A DNA stretch of 64,000 nt from Podarcis gaigeae (lineage: Eukaryota), in the NCBI GenBank assembly GCA_964106915.2, contig OZ066914.1; one strand, 5' to 3'. The translations under genes and the position numbers were made by a program. Below are positions 21,576-33,334 of the stretch, in pieces. The stretch's first letter is position 1. Every line of letters starts with the position of its first letter. The notes under the pieces are model-generated. The model ran no database searches. It worked only from the letters and a program-made list of their open reading frames with translations, and was not told the origin of the DNA.

Positions 21576-24319
21576 TGGCAAAATTCTTCATTTTTCAATT
21601 GCCTGGAATCAATATACTTTTAGAACCACTTAAAAATATATATATTTGAGGGGGAAAGAGAAGTGATCTGGGGTGGTAGTCGTACAAACACCTAATACAC
21701 GTGTGTGTTTGTGTTTGTGTGTGTGTGTGTTTATATAGAATCACTTGCTTTAAAATCTTCCTGAATGTGGAAAACTAACACTTAAGTGAGAGGAATGCTT
21801 GCAAAATGTACCTATACTGGACAGAGTGATCAGGCAAGAAATCTATGTGGACAATATTACGTTCTGCTGAATGGGGTCTACCAAGTAGAAAAAGCTGACA
21901 TGTAATGTATATCCGTAAAGTGGGAAATCAAAGCCAAACTCCTGTATTTATGTCGACGTTGCTGCTTGTCTTTTGTTATCGGCCACTTTGAGCAACTTGG
22001 GTGGAAAGGTGGGATACAAATTTCTTAAAACAACAAATGCATAGATTCAACAAGTGGTGCGGCGATGGAAAGCTTTGTGGGTTGAATTTCTGCAGGAGTG
22101 CTGGCAGAGAAAATGCAAATGCCAAGCAGAAGCGGAAGTTCTTTGAGTTGCATCTCCAAATTGACCCCAACAGAAGAAAACCCACACATTATTTCTACAT
22201 TCTAACTTGTACATAGCTATCATCTTAACTTGGGTAACTCTGGCACAAGCCAAAAAGTGATGTAAAATGATGAAGCCTTGGTAGGTGAAGTTTGGGGGGC
22301 ACCTGGCTTCAGAGCAGCAAGGCTATTTCCCCCTAACCATTCCAATATATAGATAAAAATGAGAGTGTTGCATTGTAATATGAACAGTCCCTCAGTGTGA
22401 TCCTGCCGTAATGAAATAATGCTTCTGTCTTATTTTCATTTCTTCCCTCCATGAATGAAGAGGCACATATATGTGTGTTCATTGAGACAATTGTCTACCT
22501 GACAATTGTCACCTGGTAGCAGCCATGCTAGCAGGCTGCCTCAGTGGGAGAGATGTGAAGCAGAGCTCATTACATCAGATCAGCTGAAAGACCAGTTTTC
22601 TATGTTTTGGCCCTGATTCTAAGATCCTTGGGAGTAGCAAGCAGGTTATTAAAACGGTATGTGTTCAGAGTTGATGCCTGCCTCGCTTGCTTTGTACCAG
22701 GGGAAATGACCAGTGATGGTACACAGCAGTGAAGAATCAAAGCAGACCTATTGTAAGCCATTAAAAACATGTAGCAGAAATGTAAATAATTATAAGTGAA
22801 TTAGCCGCATAAACAAAGTCAAATTCCCTGTCCACACAATCACTCCAAAAAGGTCATTTTCATGGTCCAAATTGTATCTTTAGGTCAAAGATTAAGTCTT
22901 TCCACTCAAAATGAGTCCAGTGTTCTGAAATGGTGGCATTTCACAGACCACTTCTGCAAACATTTAAGTTGCATAAAATCTTCGAATTCGTGGCCACTCT
23001 TTTATTGAGCAATGGACTCTAAGTGATGGCATCTATTGTCACAGACCTCTCTTTTTTTAAAAAAGGAACCATTTCTGAAAAGGAAATTATTGTCTTTTAA
23101 AGTAATGTAAGAGTTGTGCAATTTTCTCCATTTTGACCCCTTTTTTATTGCCTCTGGGTTTTAAGCACAGGCCTCCAATTTAAAACCTATTATTCCAAAG
23201 AAACAGCTTTTCATCTCCTCCCCCAGCCACACACCTTCCTCAAATCTTTGTGAGGTTATTTTCAAGCCCAGGACTGCTTCGTACCACAGATACCATTTCT
23301 CTCTCTCTCTCTCTACATTTGTGTCAAGCATTTTAAAAATTAAATTTGTAGCCCATCTGATGCCAAAGACTCAAAATACCATATAAAATTGTGATTTGCT
23401 TCTTCTTTTTTTAAAGGAAAAGATATAAAGCTCCAATCAGCAGCTGTAACAATGCAATTTTTAACAGCTCCAGGGATGATCAGTAAAACAGTGAAAACTT
23501 ACATACCACCGAGGTCCTGAGTAAATGTGCCATTTTGCAATATTTCCTCTTAGAGCTCGGCTTCATTAACTCCTATCTTTACCTAATTTGTTCAGCATTG
23601 TCATATTTGTGTATATTTCATGACATAGCAGTCCACAGCTGCTTGATAACATGTTTCTGGTACAATCACACCCAGAGAATTGGCAGAGAAAGGAGTTGGG
23701 CCACGCTGAGATTAGACCTACTTCTGCCTAACTTCAGTTCCATTGCTGTCAGTTGGTCTACTCTAAACATGGCTCAGTCTGAATCCAGGCCACAGTCAGA
23801 AACAGTCTCCCTGCACAGTTTACATATCATCATCCCACTCCCAGGGCACAGTGTGAGAGGGACAAAAATGCTTTCTCACATATATGAATGTTTATTGAAA
23901 CTCTTCAACATACAATACAATAAAAAACCAAATTAATCTCAATAAAGATAAAGAAGAAAAGAGAAAACAAAAGAAGGAAGGAAGGAAGGAAGAAAAGATA
24001 AAATAAAATAAAATGTCGTATTGGCCTGCATATAAACCTCACTTTTCCCCCAAATTCCCTCTGTGAAAAGTTAAAAGTGTGGCTCAACTTTGTGACCTTA
24101 CAAAAATTGGCTTTTACGATATTGCTGGTGAAACAGACATACGGTAAAATGGAACGGGTGTTAGTGCCTGCGGAATTTTAAGGGAGTGGCTTATATTCAG
24201 GTATTCTCCCCCCCCCCCCAATTTTAAAGATGCGGATTATATTCAGGTGCGGCTTATATTTGGGCCAAATATTAATATGTAATATGCTTTGTGACAGCTG
24301 CCCCATATAGTTTATGGAA

Positions 24320-24400
24320 AGGGTGGGGAACCTGTGGCCCCCAGGTATTGCTGAATGACAGCTCCCATAATCCCTGAGAACTGGCCATACAGGCTGGGGG
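24320..24400. mobile_element. hAT-Charlie-type palindromic MITE fragment
   Basis: AGGGTGGGGAACCTGTGGCCC...CAGCTCCCATAATCCCTGA. Confidence 0.6.
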
Positions 24401-25587
24401 CAAAGACACATCTCAGTCCCCAGACCTAAATTAAGTGAAATTCCATGGGACCTGCTTTATAAATTCACATTTTGTGGCTTTTTTATCTCTTCAAATAAAG
24501 CCAATGACTAATACTTTACTTGTTATTTATACCCACCTTTTTTTTTATTTTAAAAAAACCCAAGGGGGCTTACAACCAAAATTAAAATAAATAAGCAGTC
24601 ATAAGCACATATATTTCCATTGCGGCCAGTTCAATAGGTAGCAGCATCTGTTGCCAAAAACGTTATCTCTGTGTTTTAATGAAAAACACTCTGTTATAAT
24701 AGTTCTCTAAAAGTCAAAAGTGGAACTGTAGATCCTGACATTACAATTCCAGAAACTGCATCTGCAGTCTGTAATTTTGATACAGCGGAATAAATGAGAA
24801 AATAAAACTGAAATAAATATGCCAATGAAGCACCATCCTTGGGAGTTAATTAAAAATACTCTCTCTTTGTTTATCTCCTCCCCCCCCCAGCATAGTTGAA
24901 GATGGAAAAACTTTCATCCAAATTAAACTCTTTCTTTGTTGCTTTCTAGTAGAAAGGCACCAAGTTTCGAAATCAGTCACTAACAAGATAAGTCAGGCCA
25001 AGAGTAGAAAGGAAAAAAGGGACTTGTGCGATTTGTGACTGCACCACACTCCAGAAAGCTGACCAGTCATCCCTACTAGGAAACTGACAAATCTCTTGTT
25101 TTTGCACCCTCCAGCAAAATTAGGAGATTTATTAAACATACATGGCTGTTGAAGTATGATTGGCTTAAGGTCAACACTACCTGTGCCTATTCCATGTTCT
25201 GAATCTGAATTCCGGTGCCCTTTGAATGGCACACTCCTGTATGCTCAATATAGCCTTCCCAAAAGTTGTGAATAAAGACCTTGGGATGCTGTGTTTGAGC
25301 TCCTGTGACATAAACTCATGCACTAGGAGTAGCAAACACGACACCCTCTAGATGTTGGTCTCTTAAGATCTTATTGGCCAGCATCTTGTGCTCTGACTGT
25401 TCGCCCTACGCTGAGAGTCCTTTTCTTTTCACCTTTTGGCTCACAGCTCATGTCCTTGTCACAATACCTAGGGCAGTGGGGGAGGGGGAGGGGAGAGGAA
25501 TCTTGAATTTCCTTAAATGAACAAGGTTTTTTTTAACGTAAATTATTTTAGTAATATTATATTTTTATTTATATACTGCTTCATGTA

Positions 25588-25754
25588 CCGTACTTTTCTG
25601 TGTCTAAGACTAGGTTTTTTTACTTCAAAATTATGTGAAAAGCTGTGGGTCATCTTATACATGGATAGTGAATGGTGGGGATATCTTAAATTGGAGTCCC
25701 TAAAAATAGGGGGTGTCTTATATATGGGGGCGTGTTATACATGGAAAAATACGG
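25588..25754. mobile_element. Tc1/mariner-pogo MITE with CCGTA ends
   Basis: TIRs CCGTACTTTTCTGTGTCTAAGAC vs CCGTATTTTTCCATGTATAACAC (reverse end). TA on both sides. Confidence 0.8.
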
Positions 25755-26000
25755 TATATATTTTAAAACATCCCTAATCAGCTTCTCCGCAGAAGAGGCT
25801 TTCCTTTTTCCCTCTTACATAGCAGGAAATGCCTCTTCTAAGGCTACTCCAGTGTGTATCATCTGAAACCAGAGAAGGTAATTCTTACTTCTTCAAAACT
25901 TGTTGCTATATATGTAAATTGATTAAAACTCCTATGATTAATCAGCGAAGATTTATCTAATTGGGTGACATCCCTTATAAAAGTACTGATTGATTGATTA

Positions 26001-27005
26001 CCGTATTTTTCGCTCTATAATATGCACCCGACCATAACACGCATGTAGTTTTTAGAGGAGGAAAACAAGAAAAAAAGTATTCTAAATGAAACAGTGGATG
26101 TATGATTTTTGTGGTTCATGCTGTGGCCACAGACATGTGATCTGACAGTGAGTTTGGAGTAGCCCAATGCAAAAATCCTGAGGATCCATGTGGATCCATG
26201 CTTTGTAACCACGTTTTTGCACCACTGCGGCCCCAGGCAACAGTGGGTGCATGATTTTTTTGGTGCAAGATGTAGCCATGGACATGCTATGTGATCTGAT
26301 GGTGAATTTGGGGTGACCCAGTGCAAAAATCCTGAGGATCCATGTGGATCCGTGCTTTGTAACCACGTTTTAAGTGGGGAGGGAAGGAAAAGCACTCAAG
26401 GGTCAAGGAGCACGCGTGGGGTGGGTGGAGAAGGATGCTGCTAATAATGAAGAAGAGGGGTATAAGGGGAGAAGGCTCCTCTCCTCTCCCGCTTTGCTCC
26501 TTTAAAGCAAGCAGGTTCTGCTTTTCTCCCTCCTCCCCGCTCATCCCTGGCTTAGCGAGCTGAAAAACTTTGCTGCTATTTAGCGAGCTGAGTGGGGATG
26601 AGAGGGGGACAGAGAGCCTGCTTGCTTTAAAGGAACCAACTGGACAGGAGCCGCTTACACTTACCTCCGCTTACCCCTCTTCTTCATTATTAGCAGCATC
26701 CTTCTCCACCCACCCCACACATGCTCCTTGTCCCTTGAGTGCTTTTCCTTTCCCTCTCCTCTCCCGCTTTGCTCCTTTAAAGAAGCAGGCTCTCTGTCCC
26801 TGTCTCCTCCCCACTCAGTGGCTCTTCTCCCGCTTTGCTGTTTCAAAGCGAGCCACGGAGGAGGGAAGGAAGGGGAACCATGGATCCTCTGCTCACGACT
26901 GCAGCAGATCCCGCCACCTGTAGGCATTCCCTCCATAACACGCACAGACATTTCCCCTTACTTTCTAGGAGGAAATAAGTGAGTGTTATGGTGCAAAAAA
27001 TACAG
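26001..27005. mobile_element. ~1-kb non-autonomous Tc1/mariner-pogo element with internal tandem and inverted repeats
   Basis: TIRs CCGTATTTTTCGCTCTATAA vs CTGTATTTTTTGCACCATAA (reverse end). TA TSD at 25999-26000 and 27006-27007. Confidence 0.85.
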
Positions 27006-27653
27006 TAATTGATTGAATAAATGATTCCATTACTGTGCTGTTTTCTCCAAACGAGGCTTGAGGCAGCTTATAACATTTATTAAACAAATAAAATCCTAAT
27101 AAAAACAATAATTTCCAAGGTCTTGCCTGCATTTATCATACATGTGTTTGCCTATGTTGATATCATTGCAAACCTGCTACTATAGATTGTGCTTATCACA
27201 TTTTAAAGAAAATTATCTAATCCTTAATGCAGAACTTAGAATCCCTATAGTTGACCATATGGGGTGCTACTGAGTCTTGTCACAACTGAGAAGTATCAGA
27301 ACTATAGTGTGAGTTTGGATCAATGGCTCCGGCAAGAGTGCAGAAGTGATGGGATTCAATAAGACCATTTTATGTGTCCACACAGCTGATGTGATGTTGC
27401 TATCACATGTTCATGGATTGATGTTATCAGCTGTTAAGTTGTGGGTGAACATATCAGACAACACAGTGATTCTTCAAACAGCTCTTGTTTATTCACAGGC
27501 CTAGAACAGAACTGGGCTGAAGGGTTCAGCCAACCTGCTTATATAGAGCTCAACTACAAAGCAACAGTAACAACTTTCTGTAACTATCCAATCACTGAAC
27601 GTCACTTTCAACTCCTTATTTGCATATGTGGACCTGAGTGAAAACTATCTACA

Positions 27654-27670
27654 GTATCCCCCTGCTGGCC
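27654..27670 (-). promoter_or_regulatory. CTCF-like site
   Basis: Reverse strand GGCCAGCAGGGGGATAC. Good 5' core but a mismatch at the conserved C. Confidence 0.35.
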
Positions 27671-29343
27671 CAGGGCGAGAACTTCAGTACATGACATCAC
27701 TTGGACCAGGCTTCAGTCGAGGCCTACAGAGGACCATTCTGCCCTACCAGGAAGGAGTTGCTCAAAGCAAGCACATATGAATACATATGGCACACACAAC
27801 ATGGACGCCCTTCTGGTGGTGGCTTTATAAGGCGAACCTGGCCAAAGGATTTCTACGAAAAGTGTCTTTTACAAACCTACTCCTCAAGCACCATTGCCAA
27901 AACCAGCTCTCTTGTAAAAGACATGTGTCCCCTAGGCAATGCCACTGAGAAGACCCATTTAGCTGGTCATTTTTAAAAGGAAGATTGCTAGACCGCAACA
28001 GCACCAAATTAACACACATTTTTATTATAGTTTTAAATGAATGGAGCAACCAATTTACAGTAACAGTGTAATTCTTTACAATAGCAGAAGAAATAAGTGG
28101 GGGGGGGGAGTTTAGGGCGCCTCAAATGTGTCTGGGACATCAGAGGAGGGAATAGGGGAGGGCAGAATCTTGTAGCGAAAAAAGAGGGAAATTGGGGGGG
28201 GGGGGGTGTTTGCTCTCAGTTGAGTCACTTTCCAGTGCCATATTATGAAAATCAGAGGCCGTAGGCTAGGGCCTTGTTAACCTCTTTGATAATCCAGCCC
28301 TGCTTGAAACAGCCTCAATAATGTGTGGGCCCAGGTTACGGATATTGTCAACTGTTCTGCAACCATATTTCTTCAGAGCACCTGAGTGGTTTGCAGACCA
28401 GCAGTGGTTCATGGGCCACAGTCTGAGAGTTTTTGCTGTAGTCTATTGAGTTTAACTGGCAGCTCAAGATGTAGTCAAACTGATCGTTCTCCCAAATACC
28501 ATGCCCTGTAAAGGCTCCAAAGTGTGTGCGTGAGCCCTCTCTGAACTAGCTTTCTCCCCATTAATGTTAATGTCAGAGGAACCTCTGCACTCACAAAGGG
28601 TGTTGGGCCTATACTTCCTATCACTGACCAGGAGAAGACACTGCATGCCCAATTCCTGGCCGCCTGCATCTGATTTGCTGTATGTGCAATGAATGACTGA
28701 ATACAGGAACTCGGCTGCAAGCCTATTCCTAACTACTTCTGTATCATTTCCATTGAAATCATAAGTGATGTCAAGGTTTTATGCTACGATTCACCCTCTT
28801 TATGCACTGGGATCTGTGCAATATATAATTAATTCACTTATTTCTAATTTCCTAAGCCCGCCCTCTGCTTCTACCCCCCTTTCTTTCTTTCTTTTTTCTT
28901 TTTGCTGAATGGTTAACTTGACTGCTTGGAAAGATATAACCTTTTCATCAAGTAAACTGGATTATTATGGTGCGAAATGTCTGCCTTTATAGACATCTCT
29001 TGACAGTTGGTTTACAATTGCCTGCCGCTTTGACCCCTCTTTCTGTCTCTTACCATATGCATCAGAGTTCCTTGTCAAGGAAACACTGGTAAACTGGGAG
29101 ATCCATACCACTTTCGTACAGTGAGGAGAATTCCCCCTTCTCATCACTCCCTGTCATTCCAGAATTAGTCTGCGAAAGATTTGATGGGATTATTTCTGAG
29201 TGCACATTTATATCTGCATCTGATGCTCTAGAGAATTACCTCTGAAATCAGAAATGATGTTGTCAACTAAATTAAGAAATTTTCATCCCCCCACCTTCTA
29301 GTTGACTGTTTGACCCAATTTGAATGAAACCCATTATGTGTGT

Positions 29344-29345
<2 letters not shown>

Positions 29346-29375
<30 letters not shown>
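29346..29375. repeat. (AC)n microsatellite
   Basis: Seen directly, preceded by a short (TG)n. Confidence 0.97.
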
Positions 29376-29377
<2 letters not shown>

Positions 29378-29574
29378 GATATTTGCTAACCTTTTACATG
29401 CAATGATATAAGGGCAGGAGGATCATTACCTTGCCTCTGACTGTTCATTTACCTTAATAGTTGGGCTATCAGCTGATTAAGGAACTTTTGGTTGATTAAT
29501 CATCTGCCTTTTAACTGACTTAAGTGATCCAATTAAATTAAAATAAAATTTGCATATTAGTGAACCTTCTCTAT

Positions 29575-29672
29575 AGGGCTGCAGTCCTGTACATCTGAAC
29601 CTGGAAATCAGCTCCATTGATCACAGTGGGACATAGTTCTGAGTGCACATGCATATGGGATTGTGTTGTAAG
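29575..29672. mobile_element. Old short palindromic MITE (Chompy/Harbinger-like)
   Basis: GGGCTGCAGTCCTGTACA...CATGCATATGGGATTG, similar to 47794-47883. Confidence 0.45.
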
Positions 29673-30171
29673 TGCCTTTTTGAGAACTTGAAGGAAGGCT
29701 GCATGCACGCATGAGTGTGCTTAAACTGATTTGAGTATAGTATTTTTTACTTTGTGATAACTCATCCATGGTAAAGGGTGGGAAAACAGCAGCAGCAGCA
29801 TGAGAAATTGCAACAGAATAATTAAAAAGCTGTCTTTAGTGTATTCTGTTTTCATGCCTTACTAGAATAACCAACCAAAACCAACAGGGAAATTGTATGC
29901 ACACTTACCTGGGAGCAAGACAAAGTGAGACTAGCCTCTGAGGACCTATGCCTACAACAGACTCACGGGTTACTTGCTTTTCACTTGAACCCTCCAGCTT
30001 GATCCATCTATTGTAGCTACTGGGTTGAATCCAATTCTGTCCGTGCATGAGCAGAGCAGACTTGTACAATGGGACTTCCATCTCTTCCTGCTCCCCATGG
30101 CGCAACCTCCAAAGCTGCTCTGAAGGAGCAGGAGAAATAGTCCACTCACATCATGTTGCCTTCCACCCAAT

Positions 30172-30280
30172 GAGTTGCACCCAACTAAAGTCATACTCAG
30201 GTTTGATCCATTAAAATCAGTCGGCACAACTAACTTAAGACCATTCATTTCAGTGAGTTTGCTCAGGTATGGATACAACC
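30172..30280. mobile_element. Old palindromic MITE
   Basis: GTTGCACCCA...TGGATACAAC inverted ends. Related to 16748 and 62245. Confidence 0.55.
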
Positions 30281-30537
30281 TTTATCTACTGGTTGAACTT
30301 TGTAGTCTTAATCAATAAGAAGTGAGAATTTTAAAGAGACTCTTACACATCGAAATAGTCATGCCTCCTGATGCAGCCCACAGTGATCTGTTTCTGACTG
30401 CACTTTACAGGACATAGCAGCAATTCAAGGGCACAATTCAAAGTGTAGTTTTTCATTTATCACTTTATACATTTGTTCGTTCTGCTACATTCTGTAATGA
30501 GCTCCTGAGAAGGTCCTGTTGTGCCATTCTGACCAAT

Positions 30538-31236
30538 TCCATGGAGGCGCAGATTAACTCTGTGTCCAGGGCAGCTGTCTACCAGCTCCACCTGGTACGC
30601 AGGCTAAGACCCTACCTCCCCGCGGACTGTCTCGCCAGAGTGGTGCATGCTCTAGTTATCTCACGCTTGGACTACTGCAACGCGCTCTACGTGGGGCTAC
30701 CTTTGAAGGTGACCCGGAAACTGCAATTAATCCAGAATGCGGCAGCTAGACTGGTGACTGGGAGTGGCCGCCGGGACCACATAACACCGGTTCTGAGAGA
30801 TCTGCATTGGCTCCCAGTACGTTTCCGAGCACGATTCAAAGTGTTGGTGCTGACCTTTAAAGCCCTAAACGGCCTCGGTCCTGTATACCTGAAGGAGCGT
30901 CTCCACCCCCATCATTCAGCCCGGACTCTGAGATCCAGCGCCGAGGGCCTTCTGGCGGTTCCCTCATTGCGAGAAGTGAGGCTACAGGGAACCAGACAGA
31001 GGGCCTTCTCGGTAGCAGCGCCCGCCCTGTGGAACGCCCTTCCATCAGATGTCAAAGAGATAAAGAATTACCTGACGTTCAGAAGACATCTTAAGGCAGC
31101 CCTGTTCAGGGAAGTTTTTAATATGTAATGCTGTACGGTTTTTAACACTGATTGGGAGCCGCCCAGAGTGGCTGGGGAAAACTCAGCCAGATGGGCGGGG
31201 TATAAATAATAAATTATTATTATTATTATTATTATT
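30538..31236 (+). mobile_element. Young 5'-truncated L2 LINE: uninterrupted 195-codon ORF2 C-terminus, 3' UTR and (TAT)n tail
   Basis: ORF 30541-31128 has the typical L2 motifs LVISRLDYCNALY, LQLIQNAAARLV, HITPVLRDLHWLPV and AFSVAAPALWNALP. CpGs largely intact. Confidence 0.96.
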
Positions 31237-31900
31237 CTTTCATATGGAAACCATAGATTTGGTGGGTGAGTGTTGACAAACAAATTGAACCAGATAGCCA
31301 CTCCACATCGATCACCATATTTATTAAACCACTGACGAGAGAAATCAAGAGGAGAAAAATGTGACTGCTTAACATTCCCCTAAAAACAACAACCCCCGAA
31401 CCCAAATAAACCCCTCAAAACTGGCCAGTGCTCCCAGTTTCCTATGGCATTTTGGCTGTGTGCACTTCTGTAAGATGGTATTGTGCTCAGTATCTCTTTT
31501 AAAAGCACACATGCTGTACCATTTGGTGTGACAGCTGCTAAGGTAATGATGGATTTCTAGTGAACAGTGCCATAAATAAACATATCAAATTAAAAAAAAA
31601 CACCCCCCAAAACCAAGGAATCCTTTCCAAGGAAGAAATACAATTTGGCAACTAAGCACATCACTTTAAAAATAAATCTCTCATATCTCGTCTGTGGGCC
31701 ATCAGTCCAGGCTACTGAAATCCAGTCAACAGAGTTTAGGTTGACAATGTTCCTTATTCCCACAAGGCAAACCTTTATCGGTGGTAGGGCTGTGCATCAG
31801 ATTTGGCTGGATCCCAACCCTCAAGCCCAAGTGGGATGCTTTGGAGGGATTTTTGGCTTGTCAGAGGCAAAGTGGAATCTGTACGAGGCGGCGTGAGTCA

Positions 31901-32230
31901 AAAGCCCTAAACAGCCTCAGTCCAGTATACCTGAATGAGCGTCTCCACCCCCATCATTCTGCCCGGACACTGAGGTCCAGTGCCGAGGGCCTTCTGGTGG
32001 TTCCCTCGCTGTGAGAAGCCAGGTTACAGGGAACCAGGCAGAGGGCCTTCACGGTAGTGGCACCCGCCCTGTGGAATGCCCTCCCATCAGATGTCAAAGA
32101 GAAAAACAACTACCAGAGTGTTTAGGGAAGCTTTTAATGTTTAATAGACTATTATATTTTAATATTCTGTTGGAAGCCGCCCAGAGTGGCTGGGAAAACG
32201 CAGCCAGATGGGTGGGGTTTAAATAATAAA
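31901..32230 (+). mobile_element. L2 LINE 3' fragment
   Basis: Direct similarity to 30859-31210. Confidence 0.92.
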
Positions 32231-32989
32231 TACAAACTTTTTACAAATGCTGGAAATAAGTGTCTGTTAAAAGTGAAAGCAACGTCTCTAAGCTTACCAT
32301 ACAAGAACTGGTGCCAGGGTGGGAAAGCAAATACCAGAGTGGGCAGAGGGAGAGCTCTGTTGTGACTGAAGGGTCTGGCTTGCCCCCCTCCATCAACTTT
32401 AGCCGTGTACTAAACCCCTGGGCCTATTTCCTGCAATTTGGCAGCCTTCTTACCTAAGGGCACCTCACTCATACATGCAATTTTCAGAGCAATTGTCCAC
32501 AAAACACTAGGGGAGATTAAATGATGCATTATCTATCTAGCCCCAAACTGTAATGGCTGCCTGTGAGGAAAACATTGTAACTATCCTTCTGGAATTTGAC
32601 ATGACTTATTCCACCACAAGGGCAACTTTGCCCAAAAATTTCAATTTTGCCCCCCAATAAGAGTCATAGATGTTTCCTTTAAACACAAAAACAACTTTAA
32701 GTGTTCCCAGCACACACAAAAACTCCTCAACTTATTTGTTTGTAATTTGGCAGGCTTTATTCCCTTGGGGGGAAGTGGGGGCTAATATGCCGGAACATGT
32801 CCACTCTTCTGTCAAAAGAAAGCTATAGCAATGTTTTGATTTCCCAATTGTGATGGGGCGGGGGGGGGGGGCAGAGAAGGAAGGGAACTCAGAAAGATCC
32901 TGAATTGGTCAGCCTACAAAGGACCTTGGACCTAGGTGGGCTGTTTTCTGAAGTGCCAAGCAGGAATCTGAACTGAATCTTATATTTAG

Positions 32990-33334
32990 TAAGGTAAAGG
33001 TAAAAGGACCCCTGACCATTAGGTCCAGTCGTGGCCGACTCTGGGGTTGTGGCGTTCATCTTGCTTTATTGGCTGAGGGAGCTGGCGTACAGCTGGTCAT
33101 GTGGCCAGCATGACTAAGCCGCTTTCTGGCGAACCAGAGCAGCACACGGAAACGCCGTTTACCTTCCCGCCGGAGCAGTACCTATTTATCTACTTGCAGC
33201 TTTGACGTGCTTTCGAACTGCTAGGTTGGCAGGAGCAGGGACCGAGCAACGGGAGCTCACCCCGTCACAGGGATTCGAACCACCAACCTTCTGATCAGCA
33301 CGTCCTAGGCTCTGATTTAATCCACAGCACACCC
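32990..33334 (-). mobile_element. Sauria SINE (Squam1)
   Basis: Similar to 16236-16587 and 50620-50973, with (AAAGGT)n reverse tail. Confidence 0.95.

Noticed and set aside
26092-26370. Repeat-spacer (CRISPR-like) organisation
   Set aside because: Only two long diverged units inside a transposon, in vertebrate DNA, with no cas genes.
27825-27842. CTCF-like CCACCAGAAGGGCGT on the minus strand
   Set aside because: Spacing is off by one base in the core.
30541-31128. 195-aa ORF as a host gene
   Set aside because: It is the C-terminus of L2 ORF2, followed by the L2 3' UTR and tail, with multiple sibling copies in the window.
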